Part shown: positions 51,640-64,000 of the stretch, piece after piece
Layout: each line of letters begins with the position of its first letter
Position numbering within the stretch: the stretch's first letter is position 1
NCBI RefSeq assembly: GCF_001194135.2
Contig: NC_068989.1
Coordinates: 89,626,859-89,690,858 of the forward strand
Direction: 5' to 3'
Source: Octopus bimaculoides
Lineage: Eukaryota
DNA length: 64,000 nt
Notes under the pieces: model-generated
Database searches by the model: none
The model's input: only the letters and a program-made list of their open reading frames with translations
Told to the model about the DNA's origin: nothing
Program-made: the position numbers and the translations under genes

Positions 51640-51960
51640 AGGCACAAGGCCTGGAATTTTTGTGGGTCTGGCCGGTTACACCAATCCCACTGTTCAGCTG
51701 GTATTTATTTTAACTACCCCCAAAGGATGAAAGGCAAAGTCCACTTCAGAGAAATTTGGCGTTAGGAAGGGCATCCAGCTGTAGAAACTCTGCCATATCA
51801 GATTGGAGCCTGGTGTAGCCATCTGGTTCGCCAGTCCTCAGTCAAATTGTCCAACCCATGCTAGCATGGAAAGTGGACGTTAAACGAGGATGAATGTAAA
51901 GAGCTGAAAGAACTGTTGCTAAGCATTTTGTCTGCATGCTAGTGATTCTACCAGCTTACC
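51640..51960 (-). mobile_element. SINE family B with a nested RTE tail (about 51760-51890, +)
   Basis: Repeat similarity. Confidence 0.75.
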
Positions 51961-52364
51961 GCCTTAATAATGATAAATACTAAAACATCATTGGATAAAT
52001 GAGAAATCACATGACCTATAGACTCCAGTGAGAGATCACATTACTTATGAACACTATTTAAACTCTGTAGTAATTTGTCCTTGTGATATCCTCTCATTCA
52101 TCATCCTTGTGGAATATTACAGAAAACATTATTGAAAAGTCTGGATTGTCAAAGACACCAGATAAAATGCCTGCAAGATTTAGTTCCAGCTCTTTAGAAT
52201 GTTTGAAATTCCAAACACTGCTTGGGTCAACTTAGCCTTTCGTCCTTCCAGGTTTGAGAAGATAAGTTCTGAGAAAGTGAAATCTAGGGGCTAAATTAAT
52301 TGACTGCTTTGTTCCACAAAATAGGAGGTCTTATGCCTACATTACAACAACAACAACAACAGGA

Positions 52365-52700
52365 GGAGACCCCCTTTGGTCATTACTGACCATGGGATTG
52401 CACCTAGAAAGTTCCTCTCTGAGGCACAAGACCGGACAAGGTTGTTTATGGAAGACCAGCAGTCACTCATGCATACCAGCCTCCCCTCTCCACACCACCA
52501 GTGTTATCCAATGGAAAGGCAAAGGGGCCAATACAGCTTGGCACCAGTGATGTCGCAACTTATTTCTACAGCTGAGTGAACTGGAGCAACGTGAAATAAA
52601 GTGTCTTGCTCAAGAACACAACATGCAGCTCGGTCTAGGAATCGAACTCACAACTTCACGATCGTAAACTCGACGCTCTAACCACTGAGCTGCACGCCAC
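52365..52700 (-). mobile_element. Full-length SINE family C (tRNA head, ccagttcactcagctg core, (ACA)n flank)
   Basis: A and B boxes, related copies at 44800, 55488, 58780, 62440. Confidence 0.85.
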
Positions 52701-52729
52701 AACAGCAACAATAATAATAATAATTATCA

Positions 52730-52940
52730 TTATTAATAAGGTGACGAGCTGGCAGAATCATTAACATGTCAGGTAAATGCATAGTGGCATCTTTATGATC
52801 CGAGTTCAAATTCCGCCGAGGTTGACTTTGCCTTTCATCTTTTCAGGGTCAATAAATTAAGTACCAGTTGAGTACTGGGGTCAAAGTAATCGAGTTATCC
52901 TCACCTCCAAAGTTGCTGGCCTTGTGTCAAATTTGAAACC
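52730..52940 (+). mobile_element. SINE family B
   Basis: Repeat similarity. Confidence 0.85.
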
Positions 52941-53846
52941 ATTATTATCACTATTATTATTATTACTATTATTACTATTATTATTATTATTATTATTAAG
53001 GTGGCAAATGGCAGAATTCACGTTTAAATATATCCCGTTACATTCTTGGTTCAAATCCAGTCGATGTCACCTTTGCTGTTTGGATTTCTAGAGTTGAGGT
53101 GGGTGTGTGGGTGGGATATGAATAAAGTAAAAAGCGGGGGTAGGGTATGAATAAAGTAAATACCAGTCATATACTGTGTCGATTGATTTAATCAACCGTA
53201 TCGCACTTCCCCCCACCCTCACCCATCTACCAAAAATTTGTGACCATTTTTTTTATCTCTTCCCACTAATTGCTGGGTGGCAGTTGAGTCCTTAGGCACT
53301 TCTTCCATGGGGTCCTACCCGAGGCAACCATCATTACACTTTCCAGCTGTGACTACGGATATAATCCAACCATCTTGCCCCAGGTCTCCAGCTGGTTGGC
53401 TTTGCTTCAAGAACCTGTCTTGTGATATTTAGAGATGATTGCTATTAACAGTTATTATTATCAAACGTAGCATAGAACTCACCCTTAACTGGGACTTGGG
53501 CCAGATATCTAGCACTAAAGGTTGCAAATTCACACTGACCCTTGATCTCCAACCTGCCATTGGCTATGAAATTGCATCTTGTAGATTATGGGTAAGGGTA
53601 AAATGGAAGTTTTATTTTTGTATAGACAATGCCAAAATATGATTGGACATTGTAAGGTATTTGAATATGTGTGTGTGTTGAGTGTGTATGTAGATGGAAG
53701 AAGGTTGGAGGGAGAGATGGTAAGTGATGATGAGAGGGAGAATAGAGTGTTTAAAGAAAAAGAGAAAGGGGAAAGCATGAAGACAGGAGGAGAAAAATAA
53801 AGAGAATGTGTGTGTGTGTGAGTGAGAGAGAGAGAGAGAGAGAGAT

Positions 53847-54079
53847 TCAGTCATGTTGACTGCCAGCATCATCACCATCATCTTTGCCACTAACATTCTC
53901 ATCATCAGCACCATCATCATCACCATCACCATCAGCATCTCCGTTTCCATCGCTGTCTTCTTCCCTATCACAGTTAGCATCATCATCATCTGTTCCATCC
54001 TTTTCAGGGTGTTTCCAGTCTGTGGTAAAACTGCTGAACCATGAGCTCATGGCTGACTTAGCAGAGGTGATGGCGCCAC
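53847..54079 (-). CDS. avl9: AVL9 last coding exon (GGAITSAKSAMSSWFSSFT plus acidic tail)
   Basis: Matches human GGAFSSAKTAMSSWLSTFT; pyrimidine-rich cag acceptor, phase 1. Confidence 0.9.
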
Positions 54080-55213
54080 CTGCAAGAGAAGGAAAAAAAT
54101 AAAACACAAAGGTGAAGAGAAAAGACGTTGGAATGAAACAAAAAACATCAATCATAATTAGTGTGTGTGAATTTAATGCAGAAAACATAAAAATAAAAAA
54201 ATTTAATAAAAGTCTAATTATGTGTTGAGAAAAATACACATATGCATAAATATACATATATACACATAAAATGGGCACCTTTTAATTTCTGTTAACCCCA
54301 TCAATTCACAAGGCTTTTGTCAACCCAAGATTATAACAGAAGACACTTATGCAAGGTGGCATGCAGTGAGACTGAACCCACAACCATGTGGTTGGGAAAT
54401 AATCTTAGCCACACAGCCACATCTGTACCTACTCCATGTGATTCAAAAAGCTAGCCTTGTCATGTATTGTGTGATACTGCATCTGCTTGAGTATTTCACT
54501 TTATGGCACGAGGCCCTGTGCACTAATCTACTTAAGGGTTTCATCACAAGTGTCAGTGAGACAGTCTCATGCTTATTTTCTGTCACAGATGTACTTCAGC
54601 CTCAGGCCCACCATGGGTACATTGTTCCTTCTGTCTACCTTTTCTCTCACTACTATAAATGGCCTCTACTCATCAGAGTGAGTTGGGCTCATGTCGTCTC
54701 CACTCAAGTTTTCATACCCACCCTCTTCTCTCCTCACGTCACCCTTGTCAGCACTAATCCCCCGCCACTAGAATGTTGGCTCTCTGGAATACTGTTCCTG
54801 CAGGTGCTGACTTACAAAGGTTCAAGAGGTACATTAAAAGCACCAATCTCATTGGTGCATGACAACCTGCAAAGACCTTGTCCACCTGCAAATTTAAATG
54901 AAAAAAAAAACAGCAAAGAAACATTCTGTTTCGACTACTTTAAGAGAAGAAAGGTCTGTGGAATACTCAACCACTTGCACATTGAGGAAGTTGTTCAAAT
55001 GAATGAACAATGAACAGATGAAATATGAGAACACTCATTGCTGAGAGAAATCATGATAAATATATAGTGATAGAAATAATTATAACAAGGGCTTCGCTTG
55101 TGCCTCACCACGCACTGAAAAATACATGTCAAGAGACACTATTACCACCATAAGATGGGGAAAAAAAGAGGAAAACTACAAAGTGAGAAAGAAGAGATGC
55201 CGAGTCTACTCAC

Positions 55214-55302
55214 CAAATACTTTGCCAGTCTGTACAACATATTTCCCGGTTTGGGACACAGCAGCATTTAGTTTCTTACCCTTCTCTGTGCTCTGCATGG
55301 TG
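55214..55302 (-). CDS. avl9: AVL9 exon (TMQSTEKGKKLNAAVSQTGKYVVQTGKVF)
   Basis: cag/gtgagt, phase 2 in and 1 out, homology to SVQNSERGKK..VVQTGK. Confidence 0.92.
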
Positions 55303-55487
55303 CTGATGGGGGAGAGAAAAGCAGATGGGTTAGAGGGAGCATAGCAATATTGTACAGTGTAGCTTAGGTTTCACAGTACTGATGGTACAGGAAAGAAATA
55401 AATAAAAGGAGGTGGGGTTAGAAAGGGTTTAGTATTGTTGTATAGTGAAGTGGTGTCAGTTTCTGGCAATGCTGTAAGAGTGGAGGC

Positions 55488-55680
55488 ACGTGGCTTAGTG
55501 GTTAGGGTGTTGGACTCATGATCGTAAGATTGAGGTTTCGATTCCTGGACCGGGCGATGCATTGCGTTCTTGAGCAAAACACTTCATTTCACATTGCTCC
55601 AGTCCACTCAGCTGGCCAAAATGAATAATACTGTGACTGACCAGCACCCTGTCCAGTGGGGAATACATGCACCAGAAACT
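55488..55680 (+). mobile_element. SINE family C, 5' part
   Basis: tRNA-like head and core. Confidence 0.8.
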
Positions 55681-56197
55681 GATCCACTGACTTTATATGA
55701 CTCGAGAAGGATCTTTATCCCTATCTTTATCCTAATGCTGTAAGACGACTGGTGGTGAGGCCTTGTTTAGCTTTTGTTACAGCATGCCTCCAATGTATCT
55801 TCTTTTAAGGGTTTTCTCTGAGTCTTAAGACCTTTTATTCTAATAACGTCTTTCTTCAAACTTCTGCTCTCTGGAACTCACTACAACCATCTTGTTTTCC
55901 TTTAATCTATGATATTCAGACTTTTAAACTTCCTGTCGATTGACATCTTTTGAATTTGTAGACCTCCTTCTTTTCCTTTTTGGTAGTTCCTTACATTACA
56001 GTGGCTTCAAGATATGTTTGGGATAAAATTGTATAAAAGGAGAAACCGGAAAAAGATGGTAGGGTGAGATATGTTGAGATTTGGTTGTTATTTCTAATGG
56101 GTTGAGTGACCATGTAGAAGTGTTTCTCAACCCTTTTTCACCTATGGACACCCTTTGATTCCTTTTTAACTCTACTCCAGGTTTGAAATCTCCCCAA

Positions 56198-56243
56198 GAC
56201 ACCTGATGAAGGCTGGAGAGTATACTAGCCGAAACATTGTGTT
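56198..56243 (+). ncRNA. Minimal type-I hammerhead ribozyme motif of a Penelope-like remnant
   Basis: GACAC-CTGATGA-A-GGCTGG(8-nt loop)CTAGCC-GAA-ACAT-T-GTGTT; helices I and II pair. Confidence 0.7.
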
Positions 56244-56459
56244 AACAACAATCAAGATGAGGACAAATATCCGTCAACTGTAAATAATTCTTCATCTCTT
56301 AAATATAGAACTGTAATATCAACCATACTACGATATTGGAGGCATAAGGATTTAACAATAAGTGTGGCTGACAGGATGTGTACTGTGTTATAGTTGATAT
56401 TGTGTTACCATAGGAGTGTGTGTGAGAGACAGAGAGAGTAGAAAATAAGTGAGACTTAC

Positions 56460-56513
56460 TGTGACAACCGCACACGAAGATCACTCATATTCAAATGCCC
56501 TTGGAATGGATGT
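56460..56513 (-). CDS. avl9: AVL9 exon (HPFQGHLNMSDLRVRLS)
   Basis: cag/gtaagt, phase 2/2, homology to HPFQGQYSVSDMKLRFS. Confidence 0.92.
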
Positions 56514-58143
56514 CTGTAAGTAGAATATATTATCATCATTATCATCATCATATATGGCCACTGTCCCCACCACCATTAACCATTATAATCATCATTGTCA
56601 GCTACTATAGCCTCGAGCCGACCAAAGCCTTGTGAGTGGATTTGATAAACGGAAACTGAAAGAAGCCCGTCGTATATATGTATGTATGTATGTATATGTA
56701 TATATATATATATATATNNNNNNNNNNNNNNNNNNNNNNNNNNNNNNNNNNNNNNNNNNNNNNNNNNNNNNNNNNNNNNNNNNNNNNNNNNNNNNNNNNN
56801 NNNNNNNNNNNNNNNNNNNNNNNNNNNNNNNNNNNNNNNNNNNNNNNNNNNNNNNNNNNNNNNNNNNNNNNNNNNNNNNNNNNNNNNNNNNNNNNNNNNN
56901 NNNNNNNNNNNNNNNNNNNNNNNNNNNNNNNNNNNNNNNNNNNNNNNNNNNNNNNNNNNNNNNNNNNNNNNNNNNNNNNNNNNNNNNNNNNNNNNNNNNN
57001 NNNNNNNNNNNNNNNNNNNNNNNNNNNNNNNNNNNNNNNNNNNNNNNNNNNNNNNNNNNNNNNNNNNNNNNNNNNNNNNNNNNNNNNNNNNNNNNNNNNN
57101 NNNNNNNNNNNNNNNNNNNNNNNNNNNNNNNNNNNNNNNNNNNNNNNNNNNNNNNNNNNNNNNNNNNNNNNNNNNNNNNNNNNNNNNNNNNNNNNNNNNN
57201 NNNNNNNNNNNNNNNNNNNNNNNNNNNNNNNNNNNNNNNNNNNNNNNNNNNNNNNNNNNNNNNNNNNNNNNTGAAACAAGTAAAAGAGTATACCCTCTCA
57301 TCCAAGTGACCCAAACTTGGCTGAATAAACCTCAGCCTAAGTCCAAGCAGCATTCTACTGAAACCCCATCAGTTATGTGCTTTCTATGTGGCCCCTGTGT
57401 TGTCCTTTGTGGCTTTTCTTTGGCTCATCTCTGTAATGTAAATAGTTGAGGGCCAAGAGAGAAGGGATTATTAGTGAGGCAATAGTGTAAGGGGTCGTTG
57501 GTGATATCATAGAGATTAATGGGATAATGGGATAATCATGGAGATTAATGGGATAATAAATATAGGGAATTAGTGATCAGATAGCATGGGAATCAGTAGG
57601 TTGTTGCTGTTTAGCTCAAAATCAGCCCTGATAAAGGAGATTTATAATGTAAGGTGTTCCAACTGTAACCATCCCACCTTTTTAAAAGTTTATATAGAGG
57701 TACATTACTCAATGTGTTCCTTTCCTTATTTAAGTTGGTTGGGTATGATTTGAGAGAGATTTGACTGTTATTTCTAGCAGATCGACTGGATATTAGTGTG
57801 TCAGTAGTGAAGGGAATTAGTTATGTAGCAGGGCGGTGTAGGTGAAGTGGGATAGGATAAGTAGATCAAGAATTCAAGGGAGAAAGGTCAACGGTCAACA
57901 GTGGAACTACTACCCCCAACCCTCACCTCTACAACTCCAATTACTGGAACCACACCATTCCAGCAACCACCACATCAACTCATGCCTACTACTACCACCA
58001 CTGCACCTTCCCTTTAAACACCACCACTACAACCACCAATGCCAGCATACCAACAACTGCAGCTGTTACCATAGCATCACGCCCAGCTTTCTACGGCTGC
58101 TCCCACTAACCCCCACCAGCAGTATCCAGAAACCAGTACTTAC

Positions 58144-58258
58144 GACTGCGAGACCGACTCGATAAGAGGGTGTTTACAGCTGTGCCACAATCGGTAGTTA
58201 TGGGTTGTCTTCCAAGCTTGGATAAAGGTCAAGTTGAAGTCTTCCATCAGCTTCTCAT
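58144..58258 (-). CDS. avl9: AVL9 exon (EKLMEDFNLTFIQAWKTTHNYRLWHSCKHP...)
   Basis: cag/gtaagt, homology to AWKNTHNYRVW. Confidence 0.93.
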
Positions 58259-58314
58259 CTGAGTTGCGCAGGGAGAGAGAGAGAGAGAGAGAGAGAGCGA
58301 TACAAAGAGGGATA

Positions 58315-58345
<31 letters not shown>

Positions 58346-58959
58346 AAGAGTGTAAAAAACATAAGAGAGAGATACATGACAGTTTTAAACAGTTAGTACA
58401 CGACTACATCTATGTATTCATTTGAAATATGTGTGTGTGTGATATACAAGCAGTCATAACTTCATACTATTCTGTTATAACATTAGTAGTAGTAGTAGTA
58501 GTAAGGGGNNNNNNNNNNGGGGTGGTGGTCTATGCTGTAACAGCGTGTCATTGCATCCACCATTTGTTGGTGATTCCCTTCTACTGCTGGTGGTTAACAC
58601 TTTTGCACCGCCCGGGTGACAACCCTTCAAACATCCATGGGTCTGTTTGGGTGGTTGTTGGTGAAGGTTTTACAAAGATGAAGGGCAAATCCAGCCTCGA
58701 CCACTTTTAGTCACTTTTTACAACATGCAGAGAAAATTTTGGGTTCATTCTTTGACATGTTGGTCCCCGCACAGCACTAGCGCAATGTGAAATGAAGTGT
58801 TTTGCTCAAGAACACAACACACTGCCCCCTCCAAGAATTGAACCTGCAATCTGGCGATCATGAGTACAACACCCTAACAACTAGGCTATGCATGTTCACA
58901 TTAACACTGATACGAAGTAAAATAAAACCAAATACTGAACATTGTAAATTTTATCCGAA

Positions 58960-59185
58960 TGTGATCGATGCCAGGGCTGCCTGACTGGCTCCTGTGCTGG
59001 TGGCAAGTAAAAAGCACCCACTACAGTCTCGGAGTGGTTGGCATTTAGGAAGAGCATCCAGTTGTAGAAACATTGCCAGATCAGATTGGAGCCTGGTGCG
59101 GCCTCCTGGCTCTCCAGACCTCAGTCAAATCGTCCAACCCATGCCAGCATGGAAAGCAGACGTTAAACGATGATAATGATGATAC
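58960..59185 (+). mobile_element. RTE 3'-tail copy
   Basis: Tail similarity. Confidence 0.85.
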
Positions 59186-59454
59186 ACCTTTCATATTGTG
59201 TACTTGTTCATGAATTAAACAAATATCATGATCAAATACAGATCATCAAACTGTAAATGGACAATGTGTAAAGTGGTGGCTCCTATCGCTAGGTGCATCA
59301 GCATTGTTGCAGTGGTAGTATTGGTGTGGTTGTAGTGTTGGCATTAGTGTCATCGTACTATGAGTATTTGCAAATCTACAGTGTTGGTGTTGGTACTTAT
59401 GGTGTTGATATACAAGCTTCTGTAGCAGTTAAACTAGTGTCATGATAGTATTTA

Positions 59455-59715
59455 AATCAGCCTTGTGAGTGGATTTGGTTGACAGAAACTGAAAGAAACC
59501 TGTTGTTGTATGTGTGTGTGTGTGTGTGTGTATATGTATGTTTGTCTCCCCACCATCACTTGACAACTGATGTTGGTGTGTTTATGTCCCCATAACTTAG
59601 TGGTTCGGCAAAAGAGACCGATAGAATAAGTACCAGTCCTGGAGTCGATCTGTTCGACTAAAGGTAGTGCTCCAGCATGGCCACAGTCAAATGACTGAAA
59701 CAAGTAAAAGAGTAA
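59455..59715 (+). mobile_element. SINE family A, 3' part
   Basis: Repeat similarity. Confidence 0.8.
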
Positions 59716-59846
59716 AAGAATAGTGTTGAAAGATAGAGTGTTCTTTTTCATATCCCCACCTTTCCTTTATGCAAGTCTATTCCCAGTGTTTTTATGACTG
59801 TGTGGAAAAGGTTAGTTCCAGGAAGCTGACAGAAGCGGTAACTCAC

Positions 59847-59927
59847 CTCCATTATGTGTGCTGGCGAGCAGGGACAAGATGTAATCCTTGAACTGTAGCC
59901 TCACCCATTCGTCTCCTCCTTCCCACT
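59847..59927 (-). CDS. avl9: AVL9 exon (WEGGDEWVRLQFKDYILSLL)
   Basis: cag/gtgagt, WEGGDEW signature. Confidence 0.94.
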
Positions 59928-60732
59928 CTGCAATTAACGAAGAAAGAAGAAATTATCGAAGCATGTAGAAACAACAGAGATGATTGTGGTTAAAGGATGA
60001 GGCATTGGGCTACCCTACCCCAGAGTAGTAGCACCTGTTAAGGGTCCCAGCTATCAGGTAATTAGCATGTTATGGAACAAACTCAAAGCGCAAACCCTCA
60101 ATGCCTTGTGAGTGCCTTAGGAAAGAGGAAGGTTAAGGGAGGAGAATCAACCTTGGTAGCAAATTAAGGGGTGCAATTCCAAGGTAGGTGAAGCTCTCCA
60201 GCACTGTAAAGCAATTCCCCAAGGAGAAGGCCATGCCAGTGTAAAACCTACAGCTTGCTGGTCACTGCTGCCTCTTAACCTGCTGAGCCACTGTGGTCAG
60301 ACCTCCGAGTGGGATTGGAGTGTAGGGACTGACTCTTAGTTTAAAACAAGCACAGCAGGAAGAAAAGCTCTCCTGCAGCGTAAAATGGTTGGCATATAAA
60401 CAAAACACACACTATGTGGGTGTGTGAGCTATGACGATGGCATAAATCTGGAACTGAATATCAAACTTTATGAATTTGTTGTGGTTACTAAAAGAATATA
60501 GATTTTGTTTCCAATAAACACGAAAACTAGATTATGGTCACCCTTTCTGGACCACAAAGATCAATAAAGCTGACTTCTATAGAGATTGTTGCAATATTTC
60601 TGAAGTTGAAAGTGTCATCATAGAGAAATCAGTCGGAGTTGAGTCATTACAACAACATACAGACTAATTCTTTTTGAGTCAATTAGGGAGCTTCTGTGTG
60701 GTTGTTCAGTCTTCTAGAAATAGCTCCCAATA

Positions 60733-61675
60733 ATCATCATCATCATCATCATCATCGTTTAACGTCCGCTTTCCATGCTAGCATGGGTTGGACGATTTGA
60801 CTGAGGACTGGTGAAACCGGATGGCAACACCAGGCTCCAGTCTGATTTGGCAGAGTTTCTACAGCTGGATGCCCTTCCTAACGCCAACCACTCAGAGAGT
60901 GTAGTGGGTGCTTTTACGTGNNNNNNNNNNNNNNNNNNNNNNNNNNNNNNNNNNNNNNNNNNNNNNNNNNNNNNNNNNNNNNNNNNNNNNNNNNNNNNNN
61001 NNNNNNNNNNNNNNNNNNNNNNNNNNNNNNNNNNNNNNNNNNNNNNNNNNNNNNNNNNNNNNNNNNNNNNNNNNNNNNNNNNNNNNNNNNNNNNNNNNNN
61101 NNNNNNNNNNNNNNNNNNNNNNNNNNNNNNNNNNNNNNNNNNNNNNNNNNNNNNNNNNNNNNNNNNNNNNNNNNNNNNNNNNNNNNNNNNNNNNNNNNNN
61201 NNNNNNNNNNNNNNNNNNNNNNNNNNNNNNNNNNNNNNNNNNNNNNNNNNNNNNNNNNNNNNNNNNNNNNNNNNNNNNNNNNNNNNNNNNNNNNNNNNNN
61301 NNNNNCACCACATGTCCATACCAGCGCAATCGTCTCTCTTGCACGCCACAACTGATGCTTCTAATGTTCAGCTTTTCTCTCAAGATACTTACACTCTGAC
61401 GGGTATTCACATTGACATTACACATCCAACGGAGCATACTGGCTTCATTCCTTGCGAGCTTACGTATGTCCTCAGCAGTTACAGCCCATGTTTCACTGCC
61501 ATGTAGCATGGTTGTTCGTACGCATGCGTCATACAGTCTGCCTTTTACTCTGAGTGAGAGTCCCTTTGTCGCCAGCAGGGGTAAGAGCTCTCTAAACTTT
61601 GCCCAGGCTATTCTTATTCTAGCAGCTACACTTTCAGCGCACCCACCCCCACTACTAACTTGGTCGCCCAAATCA
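60733..61675 (-). mobile_element. 5'-truncated RTE-clade LINE; C-terminal ORF intact up to the gap, 3' UTR and (GAT)n tail
   Basis: LGDQVSSGGG..RIAWAKFRELLPLL..GRLYDACVRTTMLHGSETW..RRLRWYGHV. Confidence 0.92.
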
Positions 61676-62000
61676 TAACCCTGCTGTTTTAAATAATACA
61701 GTCTTAGAAATATTACGATTGAATAAAAAGACGGGATGATCATGGATGGATTGCCTTTCACAACAGGTACATTCAACCAGAGCTGACCTGAGAGCTAAAC
61801 AAAGACAGATCTATGGGTTGCAGCTACTTGTTTGGCTGACTATCAGAGGTGATCTGGAGCAGTACCTACTTTACAGCTAAGTGGACTGGGCTATTGAGAA
61901 TTAAGAAAGTTTAAACCAATGGATACAATGTAGTGTTTGTAAGGGGACATGAGATGCTGACCCTTTACGACTGTCTCTAGCCAATCTATTAATAACTTAC

Positions 62001-62136
62001 CTGTACCATCAAGGAAAAGGGTTTTATTTTCGGTGACAATTTTCACGAGGTAGTCTGCAAACCTCAAATCTGTTGTGGTTAGATTCAGCTGTTTCTTCAA
62101 TTCATTGTCATGGAAGTCGATTCGTCCATCGTTTAC
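62001..62136 (-). CDS. avl9: AVL9 exon (VNDGRIDFHDNELKKQLNLTTTDLRFADYLV..FLDGT)
   Basis: tag/gtaagt, DLRFADYLV signature. Confidence 0.94.
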
Positions 62137-62439
62137 CTAAGTGGTGGTGGTCAGGTCATGGAGGGAATAAACAAAAGAAATATGGTATGCTTAACATTTT
62201 TGGAAAATAGTAAAAGTAATTGTAAAGAGTGAATACAGAAATTTAATTTATTTAATTTATTAATTAGTTTAGAACTTAGAAAAGGCAGAGGCCATGATTT
62301 TTTTTACAGAGCCACCAAGACCAGCAACAGGGAAGTAATCTTCAGATCATATAGTTATCTTCTATACATGCAATGAAGTGGTGGTGGTGGTGGAAGTAGA
62401 CTTCTGAGCGAACCTAGGAAACTATGTTGCATATGACTA

Positions 62440-62745
62440 AGTGATCAGGATATTCAACTGACGATCATAATGTTGTGAGTTCAATACCTGGAGGTGAGTT
62501 GTGTCCCTGAGCAGGCTACTTTATTTCACGTTGCTACAGTCAACTCAGCTAGCAAAAGTGAGTTGTACCCGTATTTCAAAGGGCCAGACCTGTCACATTC
62601 TGTCACACTGAATCTCCCTGAGAATTATGTTAAGGGTACATGTGTTTGTGAAGCACTCAGCCACTTGCATGTTAATTTCATGAGCAGGCTGTTTCATTGG
62701 TTGGATCAACTGGAACCTTGTTGTCATAACTGACAGAGTGCCAGT
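62440..62745 (+). mobile_element. SINE family C variant
   Basis: tRNA-like head and shared core. Confidence 0.7.
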
Positions 62746-62996
62746 TAAAAAGCAAAAAATGTTGGCATTGGTTTCTACAAATTACTGAAGCAACACAGAC
62801 ACACACACTCATACGTGACCTTCACATTGTAGATTTACAAATCAATCATATAAAGAGGCTGCATAGGGTCTAGAGACACAATGAAACCCCTGCACGGCAG
62901 ATGCGAACACACGTCCTTTAGGTAGGTAGCCCTGCACTCTATCCACTTACCAATCCTTGTCCCAGCCCATTGTTTCTACCCTCTGCAGCAACTTAC

Positions 62997-63131
62997 CTCT
63001 ACGACGACATCAGTGAGGTGTTTGCGCTGTTTAAACAATATATTTGTGGCACCGATTACAAAGCCCCGCACATTTACATCTTCAAGGAGATCAAAGAACT
63101 GCAGTGAGAGATAGGGATGACAGAGGCAGCC
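62997..63131 (-). CDS. avl9: AVL9 exon (GCLCHPYLSLQ..VRGFVIGATNILFKQ); upstream exons lie beyond the window
   Basis: cag/gtaagt, GATNILF signature. Confidence 0.95.
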
Positions 63132-63459
63132 CTGAAAGGAAAAGAAAGATAAGAGAAAATAAAAAAAATGAGATTTATTAATAAAGGATGGGGGGGGCAA
63201 GGGTTCTAAAACCAGAATATGTGTACCCTTAGAGATATGCAAGAGAAATTCCAACAGGGTGTGAAAAATTTGCAAAAATACTGGAATTAGAAGTTTTCAA
63301 CAACTACTTTTGAATGGTGTTTTCTCATGTTTAGTAAAACAGCTATCTGTATATCATATTTAATGTATATACACTGTTAACAGGCCACTTATTGCAGTAT
63401 TTGTCCTGAAATAACATCTGTTATGGACATGCTGAGTTAAAAAACACAACAGATAGCTA

Positions 63460-63845
63460 CAGGCATGGCTGTGTAGTAAGAAATTTGTTTCCCAACCACA
63501 TGGTTCTGGGTTCAGTCCCATCACATGGCATCTTTGGCAAGTGCCTTCTACTATAGCCTTGGGCTGACCAAAGCCATGTCAGTGGATTTTGTAGATGGAA
63601 ACTGAAAGAAGCCTTTTGTATGTGTGTGTGTGTTTTGTGTTAGTTTCCTCCCCCCAACACCTGACAAGCAGTGTTGGTGTGTTTATGTTCCCGTAACTTA
63701 ATGGCTCAGCAAAAGAGACCGATAGAATAAGTACAAGGCTTTATAAAAAGAAAATAAGTTCAGGGGTTGATTTGCTCAATTAAAATCCTTCAAGGTGGTG
63801 CCCCAGCATGGCCACAGTCCAATGACTGAAATAAGTAAAAATAAA
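63460..63845 (+). mobile_element. Near full-length SINE family A
   Basis: Repeat similarity. Confidence 0.85.
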
Positions 63846-64000
63846 AGACGATAGATAAATATCAGGGGAAGAAGAAAATTCATTGGAGCATCATAGCCAT
63901 GTGTTGTTGGGGATGCTTTGGGGTTTGAATAATTCACCCTTGCAAACATGGATGTTTTGTTCATCATCCGTAACCCTTTAGCATTCAGATTTTTCTGTCA

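Noticed and set aside
48430-51960. Apparent targeting of RTE tails into SINE B
   Set aside because: Three junctions seen, but sites and orientations differ and no TSDs support specificity
52600-52700. tRNA-like sequences (also 12263, 55488)
   Set aside because: SINE heads that lack a complete cloverleaf and continue into the SINE body

Overview
AT-rich, repeat-dense animal genomic DNA from a draft scaffold with several N gaps. The SINE/LINE repertoire, microsatellite load and histone sequences suggest a coleoid cephalopod, probably Octopus (inference). Minus-strand genes: the first four coding exons of an unidentified NLS-bearing protein (7730->51, runs off the window), a compact two-coding-exon inturned (intu) homologue with no PDZ domain visible (14367->11507), and the last seven exons of AVL9 (63131->53847). 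Three intact core histone genes lie far apart: H2B (+, 20871, no canonical stem-loop), H4 (-, 29258) and H2A (-, 41432), the last two with canonical stem-loops. No H3 or H1 was found. Mobile DNA includes a Buster-type hAT with TIRs and TSD, a MITE with 40-bp TIRs and an 8-bp TSD, a mariner remnant, RTE LINE fragments plus about 15 RTE 3'-tail copies, a CRE-like RLE retroelement fragment, Penelope-like remnants with a minimal hammerhead ribozyme motif, and three tRNA-derived SINE families (called A, B, C here). The most notable oddities are an orphan CDK12/13 exon fused to a fold-back inverted repeat, filled and empty alleles of one SINE insertion side by side, the stem-loop-less H2B, and the reduced intu. 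I found no convincing wholly new multi-gene system. Protein assignments come from recalled family motifs, not database searches, and repeat boundaries are approximate.
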